Source: an uncultured delta proteobacterium (lineage in GTDB: Bacteria; Myxococcota_A; Polyangia; Polyangiales; Polyangiaceae). From it: a stretch of DNA of 64,000 bases. The number at the start of each line of letters is the position of its first letter. The stretch's first letter is position 1. Both the position numbers and the translations under genes were made by a program. The DNA is taken from the NCBI GenBank assembly GCA_963841435.1, contig CAWJCS010000003.1, forward strand, positions 960,001-1,024,000. Reading direction: 5' to 3'. The notes under the pieces are model-generated. The model did not search any database. It was not told the DNA's origin and saw only the letters and a list, made by a program, of their open reading frames with translations. Shown piece by piece: positions 19,701-29,643 of this stretch.

Positions 19701-20803
19701 ACCGCCAGCGCGACGCCCGGGCGCTCCGCGCCGTCCTCGAGGAGGCGCGTGCCGAGCGCCCCCCCGAGATCGACATCGCACGCATCGAGCGCACGCTCGA
19801 GAGCTTGCCCCCGCGCTCGGTACCACGGCCGTCGCTGCATTTCGGCAGGCGACTCTGGCTCGTGCCTGCCGCCGTGGCCGCGCTCGCGGGGCTCGTCTAC
19901 CTGGTGCGACCCGCGCCCATCTCGGCGCCCGTGCCCGCGCCGAGCGCAGCGAGCGAGCGTCGCGGAGCGACCGACGGCGACACGCTCGCGCCCGGCAGCG
20001 TCGTCGCGGCGGCGGACGAGCCGCGCGTGGTCGCACACGCCGGGCGCGTCACGTGGACGCTCGAGCCGGGGTCGCGCGCCACGCTCATCAGCGCCGGCGA
20101 CATGGTGACGGTGCGCCTCGAACGCGGCGCGGTGTCGGCGCGCGTCGTGCCGAGCCTGCGTCCGGAATCGTTCGCGATCGAGGCGCGCGAGCTGCGCGTC
20201 GCCGCCCACGGCACGGCGTTTCGCGTGGCGCTCGCCGCCGACAGCGTCAACGTCGCCGTGACCGAGGGCACGGTGCTCGTCGGCCCGCGCAGCCAGCCCG
20301 GCACGGGGCATCTGCTCACGAGCCCGGCCGCGGAGCACTTCGCGCCGCCCCACCCCGGCGACGAGCCCGCCCCGAAGCGCCCGAGCGCGCGCGCGCCCGT
20401 CTCCACGGCGCCGAGCGCCCCCGAAGAACCCTCCGCCAACAGAGAGGGGAGCGAGGCGGCCCGGAAGAGCGACGCCGACACGCACGAACCCGGCCACGTC
20501 GCCGAGCGCCCGGTGGTGCCCGAGCCGTCGCCGGGAGCCGTTGACACCGCGACACTCCACCTCATCGAGCTCACGTCCGCATGCTTCCGGCAGCGCACCG
20601 TCGCGGCCCAACTGCCGAGCGGCGCCGCGCAGACCACGCTGCGCTACCAGTCGCTCCCGAACGGCTCGATCGCGGGCGTGCAATTTTCGCCACGGCTGCC
20701 GAGCGGCGTCGAGCTCTGCGTTCGTGACGGCGCGCGCTCGCTGCACGCGCCCGTCTCACCGAACGGCCTCGAAGTATCGCGCGCCATCGTCCTGTCGCGC
20801 TGA
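19697..20803 (+). CDS. FecR-domain anti-sigma factor
   Basis: Overlaps the sigma gene. TM helix, then RLERG, V.AHGT.F.V and V.VTEG.V FecR motifs. Confidence 0.85.
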   Translation: MNRQRDARALRAVLEEARAERPPEIDIARIERTLESLPPRSVPRPSLHFGRRLWLVPAAVAALAGLVYLVRPAPISAPVPAPSAASERRGATDGDTLAPGSVVAAADEPRVVAHAGRVTWTLEPGSRATLISAGDMVTVRLERGAVSARVVPSLRPESFAIEARELRVAAHGTAFRVALAADSVNVAVTEGTVLVGPRSQPGTGHLLTSPAAEHFAPPHPGDEPAPKRPSARAPVSTAPSAPEEPSANREGSEAARKSDADTHEPGHVAERPVVPEPSPGAVDTATLHLIELTSACFRQRTVAAQLPSGAAQTTLRYQSLPNGSIAGVQFSPRLPSGVELCVRDGARSLHAPVSPNGLEVSRAIVLSR

Positions 20804-20836
20804 GAGCGCCGGACGGGTTCGACGAATCTCGGGCGG

Positions 20837-21223
20837 CTACTCGCGCGTCAGCACGACGGCGTGCGCCGAGTCGATCATCCAGCGCATGCTGCGCTCGTCG
20901 TCGAGCACGAGGGCGAGCGGGTCGAGCTTGCCGTCGGGGCGCTCCACCGCAAGCTCGACGCGCGTCCCGCGGGCCGACGCGATCCGGTAGGGCGCGGAGC
21001 GAGGCTCCTCGGCGGGGATGGCGACGGTGATCTTCTGGCCGGAGAACTCGAAGAGCACACCCTTCGCCCACCCCGTGGCCGCGGCGACGTCCCGCTGCTC
21101 GAAGCTCTCGACGCCGGAGCCGAGCCAGCGGCCATCGAGCTTGCGGGTCAGGGGGTTGCCGCAGCCGGCGGTGGCGCAGACGACGACGGCCAGCAGCGCG
21201 GGCTTGCGAGCAAATGGGGACAT
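20837..21223 (-). CDS. Small lipoprotein (lipocalin-like beta-barrel?)
   Basis: Lipobox TAGC, then L.G.W motif and beta-rich body. Confidence 0.65.
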   Translation of the reverse strand: MSPFARKPALLAVVVCATAGCGNPLTRKLDGRWLGSGVESFEQRDVAAATGWAKGVLFEFSGQKITVAIPAEEPRSAPYRIASARGTRVELAVERPDGKLDPLALVLDDERSMRWMIDSAHAVVLTRE

Positions 21224-21281
21224 GAAGGGAATGGTAAGATAGACACCTACATGAGACCACATTTGTGGTGGCCAAATTCGT

Positions 21282-22232
21282 TCACAAGCAGCATCTTACG
21301 CCTATACTGTAATCAAAGTACTCCTGGGGGTGTTGCGTGATCCGGGCGTCGCAGCCGTCCACGGTCGCTCGCGAGAAGAAGCCGCCGACGAAGGCCCCGG
21401 AAGGCTCATCCACCCACTCATCGAGGTTGCCCACCATGTCGAAGACGGCATCCCCGGACCAGTCGCTCCGGCAACGCGCGCTCTCCCCGGTTCGGCGCAG
21501 CAAGGGTCCCTCGGCACCCGCAACGAGGTTCAGGCGCGGATCGAGGTGATGGACGGACGCGTTGCCGTAGAGCACGTCCGCGGGGTGCGCTTCACGGCCG
21601 ACGTTGCAGACGCCGGGCTCGTAGCGCTCGCCGTAGGGAAACTTCCGTCGCTCTTCGCCACGGCACGCATCAATCCATTCGGCGAGCGTGCAGAGGCGTT
21701 TGCCGGCCGTCGCGCAGGCACGGGCCGCGAGAATGCCGCTCACGTAACCGTTCGGAATCGCTCCGGCGCGCGACTCGGCGCGCGGCACGAAGGGCTCGTT
21801 TTGCTCCCAGCCGGGCAGGAGCGGCAGCCTGGGTGCCGCCGCGGGCACACCCTCTCGAAAGAGCTCGAGCGCCCGCAGCGCATCGCTGCGACTCGGGGCG
21901 AAATAGGGCGAGATCGACCTTCCCAGGCGAGCATCGACGAGCACGTCTTCGTAGCGGTCGACGCAAAAGCGCCCCGCGGCGAAGACCATGTCGGCGGGAC
22001 AGCGCCCACCGCGGGGACCCACGGGGAGGCGCGGCGGGCCTTCCGAGCCCCCGAGCACGCTGTCACCCCCGTCCGGCAGGTAGAGCACCGCCGGGGGACG
22101 CGCCTTGGCTGCACCAGACGACGCGCTCGGAGATCCGCGGGTCGCGTCGTCTTCGGAGCGCCGGCAGGCGGCGAGAGCGAGCAACGCCGCGAGGGCGAGC
22201 GACGCGCGCCCGAACCCGCCGCGGGGGATCAC
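21282..22232 (-). CDS. FGE/SUMF1-sulfatase-domain lipoprotein
   Basis: Lipobox LAAC; CPADM, FCVDRYE, GKRLCT..EW, DMVGNLDEW and GVRCC motifs. Confidence 0.88.
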   Translation of the reverse strand: MIPRGGFGRASLALAALLALAACRRSEDDATRGSPSASSGAAKARPPAVLYLPDGGDSVLGGSEGPPRLPVGPRGGRCPADMVFAAGRFCVDRYEDVLVDARLGRSISPYFAPSRSDALRALELFREGVPAAAPRLPLLPGWEQNEPFVPRAESRAGAIPNGYVSGILAARACATAGKRLCTLAEWIDACRGEERRKFPYGERYEPGVCNVGREAHPADVLYGNASVHHLDPRLNLVAGAEGPLLRRTGESARCRSDWSGDAVFDMVGNLDEWVDEPSGAFVGGFFSRATVDGCDARITQHPQEYFDYSIGVRCCL

Positions 22233-22450
22233 TTGCCGCGGTAGACGATGAGCCCGTGGCTGAGGTCGTAGGGCGAGACGGCGACGCGCACCCTGTCGCC
22301 CGGCAGCACGCGGATGTGATGACGCCGCATGCGACCCGAGAGCTGAGCGCGGACGATCGCTCCACCCTGGTCAACCTTGATGTTGTACTGGCCGCCGCCG
22401 AGCGCGTCCTGAATCACGCCTTCCATCTCGAGAAGATCACCCTTGCTCAT
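22229..22450 (-). CDS. infA: Translation initiation factor IF-1
   Basis: SGRMRRHHIRVLPGDRV.V.VSPYDL..G.IVYR. Confidence 0.96.
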   Translation of the reverse strand: MSKGDLLEMEGVIQDALGGGQYNIKVDQGGAIVRAQLSGRMRRHHIRVLPGDRVRVAVSPYDLSHGLIVYRGK

Positions 22451-22575
22451 TTGTTTGTCGGCAGCCCAGCGCTCTCGGGCGAGGCGGGCGGAAGGATACA
22501 TACAAAGCAGCACTCGGCAAGGACAACCCCACCCCGGCATGGACGTAGCCCACCTTCGCGTGGTCTACCTGACGC

Positions 22576-23766
22576 GTGACCCCGGCCCCTCTCGCTCGGT
22601 TGCTCGCCCTGGCGGGCGCCCTGCTCGCGGCCGGCTCGGCGCTCGGAGCACGCGGCACGGCACGCCAGGCCGGCATGCACGTGGGGCCCGGCCCGACCGG
22701 CTGGGCAGCCGCGGGGGTGGGCGCCATCCGCGGCATCACCGTCGGTCCCATCGAGAGCAGCCTGCACCCGGGCAAGGGCTACGGCAGCGCCCCCTACGAA
22801 CGCACGCTCGACGAGTCCCAAAGGCTCGGAGCGACCTGGGTGAGCCTCACGGTGTTCGGTCGCGTGGCGGATTTGAAGCCGAGCGCCGTGTCGCCGACGT
22901 TCGAGGCGCCCTACGAAAAGAACCGCGCCGACGTGCGCCGCGCCGTCAGGAGCGCGCACGCGCGGGGGCTCAGGGTGTTCCTCGTGCCGCATCTCTGGGT
23001 CGAGTCGGGCGGCTGGCGAGGCGAGCTCGACCCCGGCGACGACGACGCGTGGCGCGCCTTTCGGGAAAGCTACCGCTCGTTCTTGCTCGGATGGGCCGAC
23101 GTCGCGCGCGAGGCCGGCGTCGACCTGCTGTCGATCGGGGTGGAGCTTCGAAGCTGGCTCACGACGACGCACGCCGCGGGGTTCGTCGACCTCGTGCGCG
23201 AGGTCCGTGCTCACTACCCGGGGCTTCTGACGTACGCCGCGAACTGGGACGACGTCGACGACACCGTGATTCTCGGCGAGCTCGATCTCATCGGTGTGAA
23301 CGCCTTCTTCCCGCTCACCGACAAGCCGAACGCCTCGATCGGCGACCTCATCGAGGGCGGACGGCGCGTCGCCGCGGAGCTTTCGACGCTTGCCGAACGG
23401 TGGCAAAAGCCCATCCTCCTGACCGAGTTCGGCTACACGACGCGCGCCGATCCGGCGCTTCGACCCTGGGAATGGCCGGACGGCATGACCAACGTCGTCG
23501 TCGACGAGGCCGCGCAGGATCGCGCCTACTTCGGGCTGCTTTCGCCGCTGCTCGACGAGCCGTGGCTCGCGGGGGCGTTCTGTTGGCGCCTGTACGCCGA
23601 CCCGGACGACGTGTCGCAGGAGGCCGCCTGGGGCTTCTCACCGCGCGGCAAGCTGGCGGAGCTCACACTGCGCGACGCCTACCGCGCGCGCTGGGCATCC
23701 GACGGCACCTGGCCGCTCGGCGGCGCGCTCGTCCGCTCGGCGGCGGGCGAGCCAGGCGTGTTCTGA
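22576..23766 (+). CDS. Glycoside hydrolase, GH113-like TIM barrel
   Basis: Signal peptide; GLRVFLVPHL, SIGVEL, LTYAANWD, IGVNAFFPL and KPILLTEFGY motifs. Confidence 0.8.
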   Translation: MTPAPLARLLALAGALLAAGSALGARGTARQAGMHVGPGPTGWAAAGVGAIRGITVGPIESSLHPGKGYGSAPYERTLDESQRLGATWVSLTVFGRVADLKPSAVSPTFEAPYEKNRADVRRAVRSAHARGLRVFLVPHLWVESGGWRGELDPGDDDAWRAFRESYRSFLLGWADVAREAGVDLLSIGVELRSWLTTTHAAGFVDLVREVRAHYPGLLTYAANWDDVDDTVILGELDLIGVNAFFPLTDKPNASIGDLIEGGRRVAAELSTLAERWQKPILLTEFGYTTRADPALRPWEWPDGMTNVVVDEAAQDRAYFGLLSPLLDEPWLAGAFCWRLYADPDDVSQEAAWGFSPRGKLAELTLRDAYRARWASDGTWPLGGALVRSAAGEPGVF

Positions 23767-23822
23767 CCCGTTCGGCGAGCGCTCGGCACGGGACCGTCGT
23801 CGCCGGTGTATCATGGCGCACG

Positions 23823-24905
23823 ATGCGAACGTTGGCCCGACACGTCCTCGCCGGCACGGTGCTCGCGATGACGAGCTGCGGGAATAGCGAAACGCCTGGC
23901 GTCGACGTAACGGGCGGACGAGCGGGCAGTGCGGGCACGGCAGCCATGGCGGGTGAGAGCACGGCGGCCGGAACGGCGGGGTCGGCCGGGGCCACGGGGG
24001 GAGACGCGAGCGGGCGCGGCGGCGCAACGGGTGCCGGAGCGGGCGGCGGCGGTAGCACGGCCATTGCGGGCCGCGACAGCGGCGGCGCTTCGTCTGGCGG
24101 CGCTTCGTCTGGCGGCGCTTCGTCTGGCGGCGCTTCGTCTGGCGGCGCTTCGTCTGGCGGCGCCGCCGGAATGGAGCCCGAGGGCGGCTCCGGCGGCGAC
24201 TATTGGCAGCCGACCGCCGGTCTGAGCTGGCAATGGCAGCTCTCGGTGCCGCTCGGCGACGTGCTTCCAGTTGACGTTTACGACATCGACTGGGAAAGCG
24301 ACGCGAGCGACGTTGCGAAGCTCCACGCGCAAGGCACGAAAGTCATCTGTTACGTGAGCGTCGGCAGCTGGGAGGATTTCCGTCCCGACAGCGACCTCTT
24401 TCCCGCAGCGGTGCTCGGCAACGACTACGACGGCTGGCCCGGCGAGAAGTACCTCGACATCCGGAGCGACGAGACGAGGGCGCGGATGCTCGATCGCTTG
24501 GACGCGTGTCGCTCGAAGGGCTTCGACGCCGTCGAGCCGGACAATATGGACGTCTTCGAGCTCGGTGCCGAGTCGGGCTTTCCGCTCACCCGTGCCGACG
24601 GCATCGATTACGCCAAGTGGCTCGCGGACGCCGTGCACGCGCGCGGCATGAGCATCGGCCAGAAGAACACGGCGAGCCTCACGGACACGCTCGAGCCTCT
24701 CTACGACTGGGCGCTCACCGAGAGCTGCTACTCCGACGGCAACTGGTGCAGCGACCTGCTCGCCTACGCCACCGACGACAAGCCGGTGTTCATGTGCGAG
24801 TACGAGCCCGCGAGCTTCGTGGACGCCTGCTCCGCCTGGAGCAGCCGCTACAGCCCCATTTTGAAGGACCTCGATCTCGGCGAATACGTCTCGTTCTGCC
24901 CGTAG
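23823..24905 (+). CDS. GH114 endo-alpha-1,4-polygalactosaminidase lipoprotein
   Basis: Lipobox MTSC, Gly linker, then WQWQL, VICYVSVGSWEDFRPD, KGFDAVEPDN and GQKN motifs. Confidence 0.9.
   Translation: MRTLARHVLAGTVLAMTSCGNSETPGVDVTGGRAGSAGTAAMAGESTAAGTAGSAGATGGDASGRGGATGAGAGGGGSTAIAGRDSGGASSGGASSGGASSGGASSGGASSGGAAGMEPEGGSGGDYWQPTAGLSWQWQLSVPLGDVLPVDVYDIDWESDASDVAKLHAQGTKVICYVSVGSWEDFRPDSDLFPAAVLGNDYDGWPGEKYLDIRSDETRARMLDRLDACRSKGFDAVEPDNMDVFELGAESGFPLTRADGIDYAKWLADAVHARGMSIGQKNTASLTDTLEPLYDWALTESCYSDGNWCSDLLAYATDDKPVFMCEYEPASFVDACSAWSSRYSPILKDLDLGEYVSFCP
24081..24163 (+). repeat. 15-bp perfect coding tandem repeat (GGCGGCGCTTCGTCT x5.5)
   Basis: Five identical copies encoding GGASS. Confidence 0.95.
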
Positions 24906-24993
24906 AGCCAGATTCCGAGAGAGGTGTGTCCGGGTGAATGACGCGGGGGCGGGCCGGGCGCCACGGGCCCCGGCATGGGCTCGTGGCCGCGCT

Positions 24994-25692
24994 TCAGCAG
25001 CCCGCGTTGAACGGGCAAGGCCAGGCCGTCTCGCTTGCGCACGACCAGTGGCGAGCGCCCATGTCGTTCGGCGGCTGGCACACGCAGTAGCCCGTCTTCG
25101 AAGATCCGCCGGAATCGAAATAGCTACCCTCGAGGTTGCAGAGCGTGCACTCTGCAACGTCACAGTCGTCGCCGGACTGGGGCGCGGCGGTCGGGCAGAC
25201 GCTGGTGTCGATGGCGTCGGGGATCTTGAAGCAGGAGTAGTCGCCCTCCACCGGGAAGCTGCAGTCGCCTTCGGCATAGACACCCGAAGTACACGTCTCC
25301 GGCTTCCAGCCGACGGAGGTTGGCCCGCAGGCCCGGTAGCAGAGCTGTACGTCCGAGGCGGTGCACGCGACGCCCTTCTTGATCTCGTCACCGGCCGCGG
25401 TGGGTCCCGCGCTGCAGGGGGGCATGAAGCTCTGGGCATCGGTGCCTCCGGAACCCCCCGTGGCGTCCGAGCCGCCCGTGGCGCCGGAGCCGCCCGTAGC
25501 GTCCGAGCCGCCGGTGGCGCCTGAGCCGCCGGTGGCGTCCGAGCCGCCCGTGGCGTCCGAGCCGCCCGTGGCGCCGGAGCCGCCCGTGCCGCTGGCCCCG
25601 TCATCGGAGGACGCATTGTCGCTCGAGCAGCCGGAGGCCAGCCCGAGGGCGAGGGTGAGAGCGAGAAGGAGAGAAGCGTGTCGGGTGCTCAT
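24994..25692 (-). CDS. Cys-rich lipoprotein with TGGS(D/G)A repeat linker
   Basis: Lipobox ASGC, 18-bp degenerate repeats at about 25440-25590, many Cys in the C-terminal domain. Confidence 0.8.
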   Translation of the reverse strand: MSTRHASLLLALTLALGLASGCSSDNASSDDGASGTGGSGATGGSDATGGSDATGGSGATGGSDATGGSGATGGSDATGGSGGTDAQSFMPPCSAGPTAAGDEIKKGVACTASDVQLCYRACGPTSVGWKPETCTSGVYAEGDCSFPVEGDYSCFKIPDAIDTSVCPTAAPQSGDDCDVAECTLCNLEGSYFDSGGSSKTGYCVCQPPNDMGARHWSCASETAWPCPFNAGC

Positions 25693-25734
25693 GGTGATCG
25701 CCCGCCAAATGCGCGAGGGGGCCCGATCGATCAG

Positions 25735-25750
25735 GCAATCTGCAGGCCAA
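25735..25750 (-). promoter_or_regulatory. Putative sigma54 promoter
   Basis: Minus strand TTGGCCTGCAGATTGC (GG-N10-GC), about 45 bp before ATG 25692. Adjacent inverted repeat ATTTCA-TT-TGAAAT at 25750-25763. Confidence 0.6.
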
Positions 25751-25879
25751 TTTCATTTGAAATCAAACTTTGTGGGGTGCCGGTACAAGTGGGGAGCCTC
25801 CACGACCAACGGTCGCGGCGACGCGACGCGTGCCGATGGCGCGCGACGCCACCCGTCGAGGAAGGCGTCGCGGGACGGT

Positions 25880-26026
25880 CTGAATCAAGATGCCGGCGTC
25901 GGCGACCCGTAGCTCCGCCTCCCGCTCGAACACTTTGCACGAGAACCCGGCGAGCCTGAGCGCGCGAGCGAGAGCCAGGCCGCCGATGCCTGCGCCACTG
26001 ATGAGGATCTTGCCGTCCCGTTGCAC
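25880..26026 (-). pseudogene. N-terminal fragment of an FAD-dependent monooxygenase
   Basis: KILISGAGIGGLALA..L...G....VFER dinucleotide-binding motif; similarity is lost after about 50 aa. Confidence 0.75.
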
Positions 26027-26166
26027 GAGGGTCTTTCCAGGTGAAGGTGGTTCTAGCCTTTCACCGGGGAGTCGCGCGGACCTTGGCCCACCTTGGCCTG
26101 CTCGGCTTGGTCAGCGTACACTTTGGGTGAGGTCGGTGGACGAGGCGACGTACAGTGGGAGGTGCC

Positions 26167-26920
26167 GTGAACTTTCTTGGATCCATAACGATAGGCGTGG
26201 TGGTTCTGGGGATGGCGTACGGCTGTGGCTCCGACGACGACAACCGCGGTGGCTCGTCGGGCGGCATGGGCGGCGGAGAGGGGGGCGGTCCCTCCAATCT
26301 TCCCGAAGGCTGTGACTTTCTCGCCGGGAAGGAGCCTGCACCCGTCTGCGGCAGCGGTGTTGCTTGCGAGCAGGTTCGGAGCGAGACAACGGCGCGCTTT
26401 TCAGCTGAACCTCGCGGACTCCTTTACCGACGACGACGGGAACGACGTGCCCTACTCCGAAGAGGAGCTCGGAATGCGCCTCCAATGCTTGACGAGCTGG
26501 CTGACGGGAATTGGTTTGGAGCCGGAGGTGCTGACGAATCTCCACATGGTGATCGTGAATGCGACCTTCGCAGTGCTCGAGCCCGTGCTCGAGAGCGCCG
26601 TGCTCGACAGGTACTGGATCGACTGCGAAGGCGGCGACTGCAGCTACTGCCACGAGCTGGACGAGTCCGATTGTGCCGAAGATGCATTCTGTGCGCCGTA
26701 CCTCGGGTGGCCGATCGACGAAGAACGCCAGTGCCTGAACCAGGCGTCGTTTGCGACCTGCGCTGGCGCCCACCAGGGGTGCGCTACCGCCGCCAGCCTC
26801 CAACGCGACGAAAACGGTCAGTGCTGGTGGTTTCCCAATCGCTGCGTGCTCGTCCACCTGCAGAGCGACGCGACCTGCGGGGACGAGGAAGCCGATCCTC
26901 CGCCGGATTGCGGCAGCTGA
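26167..26920 (+). pseudogene. Cys-rich lipoprotein, frameshifted near 26395
   Basis: Lipobox AYGC and Gly linker in one frame. The Cys-rich C-terminal part (QCWWFPNRC) is in another frame. Confidence 0.65.
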
Positions 26921-26960
26921 GCGACACGCGTCCCGCGCGAGCCTCGAGCGCAGCGTGGCC

Positions 26961-28020
26961 TCAGCGAGAAAGCTTCTCGACCTCCGCGCGCCGGAAACCG
27001 GAAGGGTAGCGACCTAGGTAGTCGCGGGCTGCGGATTGCATGGCGGCGTCGTCGCCGGCGCGCCTGAGCGACAGCACGCGCAGGTACGCGGCGTCCTCGG
27101 AGAGCGCATCGCGCGGGTGCTGCTCGAGGAAGCGGCCGAAGCGCATGGCCGCGTCCTTGAAACCGCCCTCTTTGAAGGACGTTATCGCCGCTCGGAACTC
27201 TGCGGAGGCCGCCGCCGGCATGCTCGCGCTGTGAGCCAAGTCGCTGGAGGGGGCCGCCTCCGCACGGCCGGGTGAAGCAAGAAGACGCGGCGCCGTCGCG
27301 GTCGCGCTCGGCCGGACGGGTGCGTCCGGCTCGGGGCGTAGCGCGCTGCTCGATGGGGGCGGCGCGACAGCCCAGTGCTCTCCCGCTGCGAGGGAGACGA
27401 GCGGCCGCCCCCGAAGCCTCAGGGTCACTCGCCCCTCTTCGACCTCGACGCGTGTCGTCCGCCGCGCCTCGACCTCCACCGTGAAGATCGTCCCCACGTC
27501 CTCGAGCTCACCGTCGGGCAAGATCACGAGCAACGGGCGCTCGCCCGGCCGTTTCGCGACCCGGATGCGAAGCTTGCCGTCCTCGAGCCTGACGAACCGA
27601 CGCTGATGCTCGATGCCCTGAACCAGTTGGCTCCCGCCTCGGGGTTGACGCTGACGTGCGAAACGAAGACGGGAGGTACCGCGGGCCGCACATCCAGAAG
27701 AGGAAGAGCCCCAAACCCAGTGAGGCGGCGGCGGCGAGCACGCCGACTCGACGCCACGCGCGCGTCGGCGAGCGCTCGGTCGTCAACGCGTCGTCGAACG
27801 CCGCGAGCAGTCGTGTTCGCTCCTGGCGCACGCGAAGCTCGTCGGCGCTCGCCGGGTGGCTCGCGCGCAGCGCATCGCCGAGCGTCGCGAGCCATTCGGC
27901 CTCGCGCGAGCAGGCCCCGCACTGCGCCAAGTGGCGCTCGAAGCTGACGCGTTCGACGCCCGTGAGGCGTCCGCCGCGCAGGGCTTCGACCTCGAACTGC
28001 CGAGGGCAAGGCGGGGTCAT
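26961..28020 (-). pseudogene. Zinc-finger (HxxxCxxC) + FecR + TPR-like anti-sigma factor, about 2 frameshifts
   Basis: HLAQCGAC and TM in frame 1, linker in frame 2, LPDGELEDVGTIFTV...VEVEEGRV and F...HP....EDAAYL in frame 3. Confidence 0.8.
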
Positions 28021-28592
28021 GGCTTCTTGCCCCCGAGCGCCTTGCGCAGCTCGCGTCGCGCTGCGTGCAGTCGCGTCCACACGGTGCCCACGGGTACCCC
28101 GAGCGCTGCCGCGATTTCCGGACAAGTGAGCCCCTCCACCTCGGCGAGGAGCAGGGTGATGCGCTTCGCCTCGGTGAGGCGCAGGAGGGCGCGGTCGAGC
28201 TCGCTTCGCGCATACAATGCAGCACGAGGATCCGTGCTGGTCGAGCGAAGCGCGCCGAGCGAGCTCAGCACGGAGAGGAGGCGCCCAAGAGCGCTGCGCC
28301 GCCGCTTCACGTGCTGGACGGCGATGCCCATCAGCCACGGCCGACACGATGGGCGCCCGTCGTAGCGTGCCGCGCTCGATGCGGCGGCGAGGAACGTCGC
28401 GTGCACGAGGTCATCCACGTCCTCGGCATCGGCAGTGAGTCGGGCGACGAAGCGCCGGAGGGGATCCTGATAGCGGTCGTAGAGCTCGCCGAGCGCGCCG
28501 ATGTCACCCGCCGCGAGCCGCGTCATCAGCTCGGGGTCCGGCGTCCGTTGCCGCTCGGGAAGCGCCAGAAGCTCGTTACGCTCGATTCTCAT
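28017..28592 (-). CDS. ECF sigma-70 factor
   Basis: DDLVHATFL, YDGR...PWL.GIA and VEGLTCPEIAAALGVPVGTVWTRLH motifs. Confidence 0.9.
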   Translation of the reverse strand: MRIERNELLALPERQRTPDPELMTRLAAGDIGALGELYDRYQDPLRRFVARLTADAEDVDDLVHATFLAAASSAARYDGRPSCRPWLMGIAVQHVKRRRSALGRLLSVLSSLGALRSTSTDPRAALYARSELDRALLRLTEAKRITLLLAEVEGLTCPEIAAALGVPVGTVWTRLHAARRELRKALGGKKP

Positions 28593-29579
28593 CGCGTCCC
28601 CACCGTTGCGCCGAGAGCGAGCCCCATGACCCACATCGGCGGTAGCGGCGGACCGAAGCTCGCGTCGGACTGCGGCGGTCCCACCTCTCCCTCGATGCCG
28701 ACGAAGCCACGTAGCACCGAGCGCTCGGCGAAGCCCATGTGGCTCTTGACGAGCAAGCGGGGCACGACGCCCGTCATCGATTGCCTGCGAACGCCGGCGG
28801 GCCCCGTCTCGACGCTGGATTCGGACTGGACCACGACCCCGGGCCCCGCGATGAGATCGAGCGACACCGCGTCGAAGCGGAGCCGGCGGCCGATCAGTCC
28901 GGCGACCTCGAGCGGCGCGCTCGGCTCGGCCGTCTCGGTCACGTAGCTTTGCGCCGAGAGCTCGAGGCCGGCAAGCCAATCCTCGACACGAAAGACAGGC
29001 AGTACGGCGAGTCCGAGTCCGTACTGGCCATCACCTGCACGTGCTGAGGTGACGACGGAGAGCTCGAAGCCGAGACGTTCGGCCGACGCGCCGTGCCGCG
29101 CGGAGCGGTCGCGCTCGGACGCCGCGGCGGGCGCGAGCGGCTGGATTTCGAGGCGAAATGGTCGTGGCCGAGAGGTGGACGCGGGCTCGGACGCCCGGTT
29201 CTCCGTCGATGAACGCGGCCCCTCGACGACGCCGGACGTTTCGGGCGCGTCCCCTTCGCGTGGCACGAGCAGCAATGCCTTGAGCACGGCACACTCTCGC
29301 CGAGTCAACCGAGCAGGACGCATGCCTGCGTCGGCAAGCCTCACGCCCACCGGATCGCGGCGGGGATCGTGCCGAGCTTGACCTCGACGCAGGTGTCGAT
29401 GTCCTCGTGGGCCGCGAGCGCGCTCCGAACCTGCGTGGGCAGCTCCGGAAAGCGGCCGAGCACCTCGTCATCGGCCACGACATCCTCGGCGCACAACCGG
29501 CCCGCGCGAGGGGGTGCGCGGGCGCCGCGCGGAAAGCCCCGCCGGCGAGGCACAGGCAGGTGATGCAGAGCGGCAACAT
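28589..29579 (-). pseudogene. Exported protein with C-terminal beta-barrel-like part, at least 2 frameshifts
   Basis: Signal-like MLPLCITCLCL; coherent segments in three frames; overlaps the sigma start. Confidence 0.55.
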
Positions 29580-29643
29580 GGAAAAGGGTCTCGCCCCCAT
29601 TCTTGCCCAAGAAGCGGATCCTTCACGCTATCTCGAGCGGGCC

